Of a stretch of DNA of 64,000 nt, positions 1 through 11,787 are shown piece after piece. Where the stretch lies: assembly GCA_965235115.1 (NCBI GenBank), contig OZ249436.1, forward strand, positions 9,798,001-9,862,000. The letters run 5' to 3'. A model generated the notes under the pieces. The model saw only the letters and a list, made by a program, of their open reading frames with translations. It was not told the origin of the DNA and ran no database searches. Positions within the stretch are counted from its first letter, which is position 1, and each line of letters starts with the position of its first letter. A program made the position numbers and the translations under genes. Origin of the DNA: Laetmonice hystrix. Its lineage: Eukaryota.

Positions 1-1
1 T

Positions 2-589
2 TGCTCTGTGCCATCCGACACCAAGAGTTGTCAGAGTGAGGCAGTGAGCAGATCTGACTCTGCTACTCAGACTTGGACAATCAGGGGTGACCAGAGTACC
101 CAGACTGTGGGAAATGGCCCCCAGAAGACAAAGCAATTGTTGGATCCCATGTGTCTAGGATCTAGTGAGCTGGAGTTCCCAGATCAACACTTCCTTGATT
201 CCCTGGTCAGAAATAGAAGTGATCCACGGTCACTTCCCATACTGCATCCAGCTGGACAGAGAAGTATACCCGTGTGTGATAAGAGCCTCACAAGGAAATT
301 GTCTTATAGACAAGAGATCTATGAGAGCCATGTGTTACTCTCTGAACCCATTGATTACGATATCACACATATCAGAGAATGTTTTGGATTTCTTGAACGT
401 GACGAGGCATTTTATCTTCTCACAAAGTATAGAGGGCTGCATTACCTTATACCAGATGAAGGACGTTACTCAGACTTTGAACAGTTGGACCGTGCTGGAT
501 CACTCTGTGTGACACTTTTAATTTATGATTATAGAAGACGGAGGTATATCCAACCAGAACCTCGATATAATAACCTTGTTCAAGTTTAA
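2..589 (+). CDS. 5'-truncated ORF tail of a probable LTR retrotransposon (pol C-terminal extension or extra ORF; function unknown)
   Basis: The frame is open from the window edge to TAA at 587-589 (about 195 codons, no introns) and ends about 140 bp upstream of a polypurine tract and LTR. No recognisable RT or integrase motif is in the visible part. Confidence 0.55.
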   Translation, partial: CSVPSDTKSCQSEAVSRSDSATQTWTIRGDQSTQTVGNGPQKTKQLLDPMCLGSSELEFPDQHFLDSLVRNRSDPRSLPILHPAGQRSIPVCDKSLTRKLSYRQEIYESHVLLSEPIDYDITHIRECFGFLERDEAFYLLTKYRGLHYLIPDEGRYSDFEQLDRAGSLCVTLLIYDYRRRRYIQPEPRYNNLVQV

Positions 590-739
590 CATGACTGTCA
601 GGAGAGGACAATCACATCTGTATCCTGACATTTGGTATTTTTCATAGCAGATATCTTCTACATGATATCCAGTCATGAACAATCATTTTTATTTTTCTTT
701 GAGATTGGATGCTCCAATCTCAGTTGAGCGAGGGGGATA

Positions 740-1474
740 TATCGTACCCCAAGTTTCACATTGGGCTACTCTTGCCCAAAACAATGGACAGACAACCTAT
801 GTCAGAGACAATTCTTATGTTTAGTTGTAAATTGTATACGTTTGATTTACACCCAGAAAGATTAGATGTTCATTATAGACATTTACCAACCATGTTGTGG
901 TGCATTAAGGATTTAACCACCGTTCTCAGATGTTCAGTTTGTATTCATTGTTTGCTACCAGCATCTTAGGTTTACAAACAATGTAATCTCTTGGGTGACA
1001 TATGTTCTCCATTGATGGTTTTCCCCAGCTTTCGTTTGGGAGGTTGTTTTATTAATGAAGGCAGTACAGTCATAGGGGCAGAGTCGCTCATCACAGGGAA
1101 CCCGTAATACAGGTGTTTTCTCACCTATTGTTTCCCACCTCTGTGAAGCAGCTCACTAGTGCCAGGATGTCGGCCTCAGTAATCACTGCTCATTAGACTC
1201 TCTGCCAGTGCCAACTTACTTGTCTTTAACAACAATATACAATCCCCAAAGTGGCCTGCCCTGTGATGGTTTAGCCAATCGGGAGCCAGCATTTTTAGGT
1301 TGTATATCATTGGTCAGTTTGACAATGGTTTTCTCTATATATACTCATGTTATAACTTTGTACAAAAACTTGGAAAGTGAACTGGAATAAACTTCATATA
1401 GTTGACCAGCTCAACCTCGTCCTTCTGCTGTACACGCAGTCTTCTGGAATGTCGTAGGAACCTTCCGTACGATA
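740..1474 (+). mobile_element. Probable 3' LTR of an LTR retrotransposon (Gypsy-like), TA...TA termini
   Basis: Purine-rich tract GAGCGAGGGGGATA (726-739) is directly followed by TATCGTAC (740-747), whose exact inverse GTACGATA is at 1467-1474. AATAAA lies at 1386-1391. Hairpin GAGATTGGA-TGC-TCCAATCTC (701-721) precedes the PPT. Confidence 0.65.
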
Positions 1475-3117
1475 ATACCACCAGTACATCCACCACCACT
1501 CCGGGTCCACGGAGAAACCCGAGAGAAACTGCTCATTAACCTCACCCCTCTCCTTTTTCTAAATCTACAGACTTTAGATGCTGGGGCAGATATGTCGTAG
1601 ACTGGTAGTGTCTATTTCATGAGGTCCACTTTTTTAAGGAACAGAGAAGCGTCGCAATGCAGCAACTAATTTTGATGCATGTGCATAATATCACACCTCA
1701 CCCCGTCTGGTCACACTAACAATCTTTTATTCCACTTAATTAATTGTGTCTGACTGAGTGGCTACATAAAATTATGTCTCAGAAATTAGTTGCAACCACT
1801 GGAGAGAGACCGAGGGGAGAACCAGTAAATTAACAAAACTGAGATTCACCGGTTCACTTACGCCAATGATACGTAGTCAAATGTAGGCTAGGAAATGCGC
1901 TGTCACAATAATATATAAGCTCTAGCATGTCAACAGCCATCTTCGGTTAACTAGGACGACTACATCATTTCAGATACTGCATTTCAGATTTCAGCCGCAA
2001 TGGCAATCAATGGGTAAGCATAGTAAAGCCACAGGTAGGTGGAGAGTAGCAGCCCTCATTTTCTTGTGTGCTACTAGCAGGAACCAATTAATTCTGTCTG
2101 AGAATGAATGAGCCCAATCAACGGCCATGCTTGGCTCCTACAACTTTTTGTCTCCTGCACCAAAGCTGATTATTTAATCATTTCCTCCTCCTGTTTCCTT
2201 CCTAGTCACCACGACACGTGTGTACTAAAAACCAACCTAAGTGACTGGATGGACCGCCAAACACACAAAACACTAAATACCAGGATAGATTTTCTCACTT
2301 GGGGACCCCCTCCCCCGAATACTAAAAAAGACAGAATTACCTATGTACACATGAAGATTTTAAACAAATTATATCATGCTATTTTCAACATTTTACAGGT
2401 AGGCCTACATGTAAACTAAGCATACTTTGAGGGACCTGACTGAGTCGACCTTAGGCTATCTATAGACTTAAGTCTTCCTGCCGTGTCTATCTTATTGTGT
2501 ATTCTCAAAGGTCAAATCTGTTACACCGTGAAGGGTACTGTCCACTAACAATTAGTCTCAACAAGGACTCAACTAAATTTCTCTAGGCAGTGAACTTTAT
2601 ATGCACTTTGACTCATCATGGGCAGTCAACCTAGACTGGACAGCTACAACTATAGACTCCAGATTACGGATCTGTCTAACAACAAAGTTTCGGGTCAGCT
2701 TTCTTCAAGTACTCATTACAACAAAGCATTCACTGGCTGTGGAAAAGGTTCACAAGGCAAGCGGTTAATGTAAGGTCACACGACCGCTTGTACATTTGTC
2801 ACTACTGACATGCCTGCCAGATCAACAGTTCAAACACATTTATTTGTAAAAGAAATATCCTACATCTGTGAAGGTAAAATCCCATCCATTACGCTAATAT
2901 TGAGGATGAGCAGATTTATAAGATCACCACTAATGATAATCACCACCATCATTATTATAGCCATCACAACATTGTCACCAGATGGCGCCACAATGAACAC
3001 GCCATTCAAACTGAACGCCCATAACTGGGTCATTCACGCTGGCGTTCAACGTGACTGGGAGTATCTAGGTCTTAAAAAAAATCAATCAATCGCAATATAA
3101 GTCTGTGCTTTGCTTAC

Positions 3118-3150
3118 CTCCTTCTCAAATTGGCGTGTTCGTAAATACAT
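3118..3150 (-). CDS. Candidate alternative first coding exon (MYLRTRQFEKE) of the SAM-domain gene
   Basis: ATG plus 10 codons ends in a strong donor GAG|GTAAGC in phase 0, the same phase as the end of exon 10521-10621. An Inr-like TCAGTC and a CRE palindrome lie about 90-105 nt upstream. Confidence 0.4.
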
Positions 3151-3245
3151 CTTTAGTAAGCTAGAGCAACAAGAAGTCTGAAGGAACTCAAACTCACTGT
3201 TCAGATATTTCTGCATATTTGTCGCATAAAATTCTGACTGACAGA

Positions 3246-3257
3246 AATGACGTCATT
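3246..3257. promoter_or_regulatory. CRE/ATF palindrome AATGACGTCATT next to a candidate internal promoter
   Basis: 12-bp palindrome containing TGACGTCA, adjacent to minus-strand TCAGTC (3236-3241). Confidence 0.35.
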
Positions 3258-6200
3258 ACTGTTCAAGATGTCAAAGGGATACTTATACCACAACATATAA
3301 CAACACGGTTCTATTTCTATTAAACTCTACAGATCCAACCTCAGTGTCTTACAAGGAGAAATATATATTTCGCAGTTAGCCCAGAGATAAGGGATATGAT
3401 CGGTAGAAATCACTAATCAGTTGTCCAAACAAATATACACAACTGCAGGCTGATATTGCATTCAATGCTCCTATATACAACAAACCTTGTGGTAAAGATA
3501 TATTTATGGGGTCTTCATTCCTGATTTCTAACCATTTACCGACAAGCAGCCTCGACTGTGCCACCAGCAGCCTGCACTGGGATTTTGTCTCCATGACTGG
3601 CCGTTTTCGACCAAGTCCGATCCCTGCTACTTCGGGTCCGGTTCACAACGAACGATTATTCGTTGTAGTAGGGTTACCAATATTAGCTATACATACTAAA
3701 CTGATACGGGCAAGGACAGTACAATAACGTACACTAACCTGCAGTCCCTGTGTTTGAGGGACACGTCTGACTTAGGTCTATTATAGCTCATCTATAAACA
3801 TGAACCAATCACTGTGCTTCTACCACACAAAGCAGAAGGGAATTCAGCAAAGATGCACAAATAATGGACGGCATGCAAGACTAATTACTCATTGCTGACT
3901 TTTTCATCTGACTTGGACTAAGGTTTTCCTGTGACTGTACATATATGTACCAACCATATAGAAACATGTGATTCATGATTCTGAATAAACGATGCCAAAG
4001 AGCCTTCAGTCATTATCGCACTGCCATTTGTAAACATTATGATGGAAACACTTTCCCTTCACGTCACCACACCTATACTATCACTACAGAAACGGGCACG
4101 ATTCTTTAACTGGTCCCAACAAGTTTTTATATCTTCTCAAATATACTTATTGCAGATAACAATAAACAAAGACTCTGGTAATTAGATTAATGGCCAAAAT
4201 GACTTTTTATTCAATTAGGCTTTAATTACTGCGATTCTCCTCCTTTGACATCTGCAGCCTTTCAACAGCATTTTATTAAATCTAATTATGTTCAGTAAAG
4301 ACTTTTAAAATAACGCAGGATGACTTTTATCAGAGCTCTAAATGATCGCAGCAAAGTTATAATCGGTCTGAAATACCTGTACTGTCCGAGAGTATTTCTG
4401 ATAAAGAGTACATGTGTACATAAATATGTACCCACCCAAGTGCGCCTATACATCCATCAGCACTCAGACATATTGTAAAGGTAATTTATAAACTTGGATT
4501 AACATTTAAGAGAAATGTCAAACCACAAAAAAACAAAAATTAGCACAGGTAGGAGTACATTTTATCCATTTAAACTTCTCCATTATAGCTGAGAATTTGC
4601 CACACTGACACACCACCTAATATATACAGCACTTCTACTCATAAATAATAAATTTAATTCATCTGCTAAAGTTGTATCCAGATGGCAGCACGATGGATGG
4701 ATCAATATGCAAGTTATACATAGAAATTTTCACAAAACAAATGAAAGCGCCTCTTTCAGTCTTTGTTCTGTGAGTAAAACTCAAAAACAGTTTGATGTTT
4801 TTGAGACATGCACAAATTATCAGGAGGCTCAAACTGATGATCTGTCAGATGTTTTTGCCATGTCACTAAGTCTTTGACCTCAATCATCTGGCTTGTCTCC
4901 TTTGTCTGGAGGTGTTAAATACGAGATATACCTGGTGGTTTACAGGCAGAACGCACTGATTATCCACGCCACACATAAATGGCGGACCCAATTACCAGTG
5001 CCGTATTATAAACACATATGGTACAAACAGCGCTGCTCATTGATCTTGGTCGCATTTCCTGCTTCTTCCTTGTACAACTAGTCATGATTAATGAAGTACA
5101 TTTTCAAATAAATGATGTCAAATGTTGGAAGCCTCAGCAATTGCGGAGCCATTTTTGAGTTTTATGACGCACAGGAAACTGACAGTGACATACTGACAGC
5201 TTCATCACATGGACTTCTGCAGACCCAGTATTGCCATCGGTGGCAGGCAAGCTGGTGGCAGAATCCATGATTCACCCACTTAAATCGTGCCTTCAGTGGG
5301 GGCCACAGGAGGAGGTGTGAGAACACCTCACTGATTAGAGCGACGACCGGCTCCTCGCCTGCACATCCACATTAATTTACTTCCGTATCTGTTCTCCTGG
5401 TAAAACACTGCCTTGTTGCTCTGCCAAACACCGAATCCGAGCGAACAACAAAAACTACCAGTGCCTGGATCCAAACCCCTGTGCTTGCATCCAGATGACA
5501 GTTCTGTGCCCGGCCATTAAAACGAACAACACTTCACCGACATTAATTTTACTTTTTAAACCGCCTTTCTTCAAGCTTAAAATCAAATTTTCTTCCTGGG
5601 CCCATTTCCCATCTGATGGCCCAGTGAAATAGTCGTTTGGTTTTTAAAGCCTGATGACACAGCGATAGCTGCCGTACAAGTTTTGGTGATGGGCAATGTT
5701 GATGATGAGAAAATCAATGACAGCGACAAAACAACCACAGACAGAGTTGGGTCTCTCCGAAACTCAGCTTAAATACATTCTATCTTTGTTGTACAGTTGA
5801 ATAAATTTCATACCCAGATAGGTTAGTATTGAGTCGCTCTGATGTTCGATGGGAATGTGAAGAAACTCAAAGACAAGCCTATCCCAAATTTTAAATTCCA
5901 CCTGTACCTTCTTCTTGTTTCAGCCTCGGCACTATAAAACAAATAGTAACTTATGGCCAATGACTTGATTGGGATGAATTATCTCTGGTTCAAGATCATA
6001 CAAACCCTTGTTTTTTTACCTTAGACGTTTGTTTGAAGTACAAAATGCATCCTAATTAAATTTTACAGTGAGCTGAATTGTAATTACTCATCATCATTAT
6101 GTCGAAACATTACAGCTACTAATTCACCAGTATTGGTACATTCAAATTAAAAGTCCCACCTGAAAAACATCAGCTTGGTTGTTAATAATTAGTGTAGAAT

Positions 6201-7269
6201 AATTCACACGTTTCCATCTTTTACAGTTATTTCTATCAAATACATGTACAGTCCTAATGCAATTGAATTCGAAAAATAATTAAATGAAAAGAAAATATTG
6301 AAATATGTTTCTGTCGCAAGCCAAATTATTTGTCCTCATAGTTGCTCCTGGTATATTTTAATATTTGCTTTAAACTATTTTAACGTACTATTATACGTGT
6401 AGATAATTAAATACTATTCGGTTGTTTCTGTTTCCTATTACTTTTCAAAAGTTAAGGCGTTAATTCATAGAAAGTTAATTTCTAGTTATCATTAGGACTT
6501 CATAAAATGTAGTGGTTGAATTCTGTTCTCCCTTCTCATACTTGAATCCCTTCCACTAACTCCAAATATTGATTGGCCTCCTCTGGCACTGCTCTACATT
6601 ATCGACTTATTCCAAACTTTTTACAAGTGACTTTGTATTCTAATCCCTGAGCATAATGTGACAGTTTTCTCAGTCTTGATCTTGTGGTCCTTCAGATGTG
6701 ATCTGAGATAAGAGCTGCTGAGACTCAGCACGAAAAGGGAATTCTTGGAAACATCTCTACATCAATCTGGACGAATCATTGCTAGTCTAAGCGTACATCA
6801 CATACCAACTTTAATCTTAACTGGAATAAAACAGAGGCCAAAGGGGATTAGTTTGTGATGTTTCTACCCTACTTTCCCTATGCTACTTAGCTGTCACTCA
6901 AGGCTTTTTCTTTGAATCAACCTTAGAGTCTCTCAGAGAACTGGAGCAAAGGTCATCACGTTCAGTATCAAACACTCTCCTTTCTCTAAGAATGGCAGTG
7001 ACCATTCATAATCCTCAGCAATGTCCTATTTGAATCCCATCACTTACATTCCTTCCTAGTACCCCTTCCACAACTAATCATAATTCATTCTAAAGGTTCC
7101 ATTTTTAATAATATTTGGTGACTGATCTTCACTTTCAAACAACGATACGGTAATCCGGTAGCTTTGACTCGCCTTGACCGACCTCGCCCTGCCTGCCTCC
7201 CGCCAGCAGACTGGGCTGGGAGACCCAAGTGAACATAACGCGTGATTGAGTGTCAGAGCCGCTGCCACC

Positions 7270-7685
7270 GCCCACCACACACTGAGTGGGGCGGACGTGG
7301 TGTGCCCCCTAACCTACCATACACTGAGTGGGGCGGACGTGGTGTGCCCCCTAACCTACCATACACTGAGTGGGGGGGGGGGGGCGTGTTGTGCCCCCTA
7401 ACCTACCATACACTGAGTAGTGGGGGGGGGGGACGTGTTGTGTCCCCTAACCTACCACACACTGAGTAGTGGGGGGGACGTGTTGTGCCCCCTAACCTAC
7501 CACACACTGAGTGGGGGGGGGCGTGTTGTGCCCCCTAACCTACCATACACTGAGTAGTGGGGGGGACGTGTTGTGTCCCCTAACCTACCACACACTGAGT
7601 GGGGGGGGGGAGGTGTTGTGCCCCCTAACCTACCACACACTGAGTGGGGGGGGGGGAGGTGTTGTGCCCCCTAACCTACCACATA
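7270..7685. repeat. G-rich minisatellite, about 39-45 bp unit, about 10 copies
   Basis: Repeats of CACTGAGT(AGT)G(n)ACGTGTTGTGCCCCCTAACCTACCA(C/T)A with variable G-run length. Confidence 0.95.
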
Positions 7686-8005
7686 TTCACATGATCATGA
7701 TGAACGGTCCTTGTTATCTCCACCTGCTCCTGTTCCCATACCGCCCCGATCACACAGGTGAACTCGGACAGGTATGTCGTTACTCCAAATGCTGCTTGCC
7801 ACAATCTGACTTTTTCAGTCTAATCATTTCCTCCTAGTCATCATATTGTTAGCAGAAGTTAACCTACAGCTGTACCCAGTTTGTCGACCTTCGTGTGACT
7901 TTTTAATATTTTAACTTTCTTGTCCTAAGTATTTTAACGACGAATTATGTCTAAGATCGCCACATAGTTTCCTAACCATCTTAGTAATTTATCAATGTGC
8001 TCCAG

Positions 8006-8308
8006 AAATAGCCCCGTACTGGGGCTTATCGTGGTCAGTCGACCATAGCAGCCGGTAGGTACTGGGGGAGTGGTCGGTAAATAGCCTCGTACTGGGCTTA
8101 TCGTGGTCAGTCGACCATAGCAGCCGGTAGGTACTGAGGGAATGGTCGGTAAATAGCCCCGTACTGGGCTTATCGTGGTCAGTCGACCATAGCAGCCGGT
8201 AGGTACTGACAGGGTGGTCCGTAAATAGCCCTGCACTGGGCTTATCGTGGTCAGTCGACCATAGCAGCCGGTAGGTACTGACAGGGTGGTCGGTAAATAG
8301 CCCCGTAC
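8006..8308. repeat. 72-bp tandem repeat, about 4.2 copies
   Basis: Unit AAATAGCCCCGTACTGGGCTTATCGTGGTCAGTCGACCATAGCAGCCGGTAGGTACTG...GGTCGGT starts at 8006, 8079, 8151, 8223 and 8295. Confidence 0.95.
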
Positions 8309-8948
8309 ATCATAGGCCGTTAAGTATCAGGCATTCATGTACCTATCTCATCCATGTTCTTATTCCTTCAAAACCACCTCAGCCCAATACCACTCCATTC
8401 AAATTAGCGCAAACTACATTCAACTTTCAAAGGCAAAGGTAAAGTATCAACCAAATGTAAACAACGGTTGAAGGACTAGACCTGGGGGAAGCAGCAGAGA
8501 AACATATTCTCCTGGGACGTAATTTATGAAGTAATATAGACTTGTTCACATGTTCACGGTGTCTGTGCCAGCCTCTGGAATTCTGTGTCAAGTCGAGTCA
8601 AGATAATGACCTTCACTGCTTGGAGGGGGGCAGACAGACGGCCAAAGAAAAAAAGATGAAAACTGCACATATCCAAACTATTCACAATGGATAGCCTCCT
8701 ACAACTCGGCTCCAATGCCTTCCGAAACGTTCAAAGGCATGGATAAAGGGTTGAAAGAAACAATCATCAGAGGAATCTCATCCCTGGCTTTTTCAGGTCT
8801 GCATCTTTTGAACCTCATGCGTTGGAAACTGACGGGTTTTCTTGTGATTGTCACGACTGAGAGATTAGAATAAAAACTTGTGCAAACAAAAAATATCTTT
8901 CTTCTCAAACGTTTGAATTCCGACCTGCTGAATGTGAGCCTCTTTTAA

Positions 8949-9479
8949 AGGGGCATATTATGAGGAAACGTTGAAAAATCGGTATTTCAAAGAACTTTTG
9001 CTGTTTTCATAAAGAGATCCTTCATTAATATTGCTTGGTAAACAAAGACAGACTTATCAGTTTCATTTTGTGTGAGAAATCGAAGTTTATGAAGCTTCCT
9101 TGCCCGCTTTTCTGCCGATTTCGTAAAATATTTTTTAGGTGGCATTCTGATGCCGGACAATCGAGTGCAACTGCTGAATTGTTTACAACTAAGCGAAGCA
9201 CGTGACTAAGCACATGCAGAGAGTGCACACGCAGGATGTGACACAGTATGCAATTACACGGGTTAATGGGAGGTTGTCTATAGCAAATTATGGCGGGAGA
9301 TGTGCTATCGGGAGAAATCTATAGGTTTGGTCGTATAGAACCTACTTTTGCTGCATACGCAGCGAAAACACGTCGGAGGACAAAATGCTGTGGTAGGATT
9401 ATTTACTTAGTCCCCTAGTACACGGTCATGTTGGATAATCGCCGGAAATCCTCAAAAAGGTACATTTTAGTATGCCCCT
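8949..9479. mobile_element. Non-autonomous DNA transposon, Kolobok-like
   Basis: TTAA|AGGGGCATA...TATGCCCCT|TTAA: short TIRs beginning with purines and a TTAA target duplication. Confidence 0.75.
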
Positions 9480-9715
9480 TTAAACTTACTGACAGGTCGA
9501 CAGAAATAATTGACAAGTATGATTAGCTTATCTAGAACCCTTACTTTGGGGATGCTAATTCCTACTGCAATCTAATCAGAAGATTACGAGGTCAAAAAGA
9601 CTGCCTCCCATGAAGTTAACTCCCCTTGAAAGACCAAGAATCAGGTCAGGCCATATCCTTATTTCATATGCAGCAATATTCTTGAGCATTCGATTAAAAT
9701 TCTGCTTTATATAGC

Positions 9716-9905
9716 AGTGAGCGAGTGAGTGCTCTAGCGATTTTTGTTACATGCACGGCCATCAGGTGTAATGCAGTTACTTTCAGAATGCCCGGAAAGA
9801 GAAAAGTTCTAGTCCTCTACTGGAATCGTAGCCTGGCCCCAAGATTACTGCACCCATTTGCATAGCATAAGGTATCAACGCCCATGCCCAGTCGGCCACC
9901 ACCAC
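9716..9905 (-). mobile_element. Degenerate tRNA-derived SINE
   Basis: The minus strand starts GGTGGCCGACTGG (A-box-like), has a degenerate B-box-like GCTACGATTCC and ends in an ACTC-type tail. Confidence 0.45.
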
Positions 9906-9910
9906 TTTCA

Positions 9911-10030
9911 TAGTGAGTAATGATAATTTTATGCCATGTCAGCATCAATGGCCATCTTCATGGCGAAAACATAGTTAGAATACTGAATAGTAAAAGGGAC
10001 CTATTTGATCCCGGGTCCCAATGGAAATCC
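9911..10030 (-). mobile_element. SINE/LINE-type 3' tail fragment, inverted copy of 16903-17029
   Basis: The reverse complement matches 16903-17029 (GGGACCC...GTCCCTTTTACTATTCAGT...GAAGATGGCC...GATGC.GACA...ATTACTCAC). Confidence 0.65.
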
Positions 10031-10520
10031 TCAAATGGGACATCGTAGTGTCAAAGCTTACTATACTGCTTTACTGACAGATGAAGCAAGGCTAAAAAGC
10101 ATTCTAAAAATTACATTTCAATCAAAGATCATGACATAATTATATACTGAACGGCAATGAATACACATAGGGTGAAAATATAGCTCAAACATTTATTTGA
10201 AAGGAACAGTCCCATTTGATACTAGTCCAGAAGCCACCATTCCTGTTCTCAACCAAACACTTTGCACATCCTACTAGTGATGAAAATACATTTTGGACAT
10301 ATATATATAGATGCGTTTTCATTTCCATTCAGTATATTACGTGCTTTTACTGCAATACAATTCTTGGTCAGTTTACTTGTAGGGAATGGTATCATCACAA
10401 GTACTCTTGCGCTGGGCAGCTGGCACTAGGGATGAAGAGAAAAGTTGTGCCTCAGCATTGTTTTGTCAAAACGTGGTTTCTTTCTCCGTTAATAAATATG
10501 GGAGCTCTGAGAGTACATAC

Positions 10521-10621
10521 CATTTGTGGACTGTTCTGTTGAGACGGATAGTTCATCTGTCCCATCTGGCTGTTCATATAGCCACCACTGCCTCCGCCAT
10601 CTCCATAGCCACCCATGCCAC
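10521..10621 (-). CDS. Internal exon of the SAM-domain gene (GGMGGYGDGGGSGGYMNSQMGQMNYPSQQNSPQM)
   Basis: Acceptor TTTATCTTTGCAG|, donor ATG|GTATGT, 101 nt, phase 1 to 0, in frame with the upstream exons; low-complexity G/M/Q/S/Y peptide. Confidence 0.75.
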
Positions 10622-11143
10622 CTGCAAAGATAAATTTTTTATGGTCAATCATTACAACAAACAACTTACCATGTGTAGTTATGTCTGAACAGACAGGTGG
10701 GTCTCAGTGACGTCATTAACAATGCACTGTATGACACTAGATATGTCAGCCAAACAAAACAGGCCGTGGGTGCAGTAAGCCGAGTTTTCAGCGTCTCAGT
10801 GCCCCACATAATCCTATATTCTCACACCGCAAAACCTCATTAGTTACACTTCCATATGACCTTCACGGTTAAAATAAAATTAGAGGCTAAATAACTAAAC
10901 AGGTTTTTTCTATAAGAGGAAAAGCACGTGATCCTCAGAATAATCATCTCTAAAGATGTTGGTATGGCCAGCCGGAACCGTTTTATTGAGGTAACATTCA
11001 TTATGTAGGGTGGGGTGAGCGAACTTTCTCATGTTACGGACAGCTAATCCCTTTCAATGATTATATTTATATGTCTAGCTCTGAGGCGGCGTTCGGGGTA
11101 CACAAAGCTCTAGGATACCAACAGCCGCCATCTGTTGTATCAG

Positions 11144-11632
11144 ACGGCCACTCATCGACTCCGGCATTGAAAGAATACATGTGTCTATCTCCAGCTTGGT
11201 GAAGATCCAACTGCTGGACATCCCGACCACAAGGCGACTCCCAGGCCAGGTTCACACTGCTGTCCCGTACGGCCGCTCATCGACTCCGGCATTGAGGGAA
11301 TACATGTGTCTATCTCCAGCTTGGTGAAGATCCAACTGCTGGACATCCCGATCACAAGGTGACTCCCAGGCCAGGTTCACACTGCTGTCCCGTACGGACG
11401 CTCATCGACTCCGGCATTGAGGGAATACATGTGTCTATCTCCAGCTTGGTGAAGATCCAACTGCTGGACATTCCGACCACAAGGCGACTCCCAGGCCAGG
11501 TTCACACCCCGTACGGCCACTCATCGACTCCGGCATTGAGGGAATACATGTGTCTATCTTCAGCTTGGTGAAGATCCAACTGCTGGACATTCCGACCACA
11601 AGGCGACTCCCAGGCCAGGTTCACACTGCTGT
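11144..11632. repeat. About 125-bp tandem repeat, 4 copies
   Basis: CTCATCGACTCCGGCATTGA recurs at 11151, 11276, 11401 and 11520 (periods 125, 125, 119); copies are nearly identical. Confidence 0.95.
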
Positions 11633-11787
11633 TCTGGGCCAAACTGACCTGGGTATCTTTCTTGCTGAGCTAACTCGTCCGCCCATCTGGGCTAAGTTAC
11701 CCCGGGCTAAGCACGTTCACATACAGCACACCACCACCGACCCGTATTACTGGGGGGGGGGGGGGGAATCTCCAGTGTGAACCTGCC
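11613..11787. mobile_element. Small PIF/Harbinger-like MITE
   Basis: Imperfect TIRs GGCCAGGTTCACACTG...CAGTGTGAACCTGCC. Confidence 0.55.

Noticed and set aside
3540..3594. Alternative first exon METKSQ...
   Set aside because: The possible donor is weak and phase 1, incompatible with the phase-0 junction expected downstream.
7242..8236. Repetitive ORFs of 75-108 aa
   Set aside because: Products of minisatellite periodicity.
8006..11632. Tandem repeats as CRISPR-like arrays or ribozyme multimers
   Set aside because: No unique spacers, eukaryotic context, and no CUGANGA...GAAA hammerhead core found in the units on either strand.
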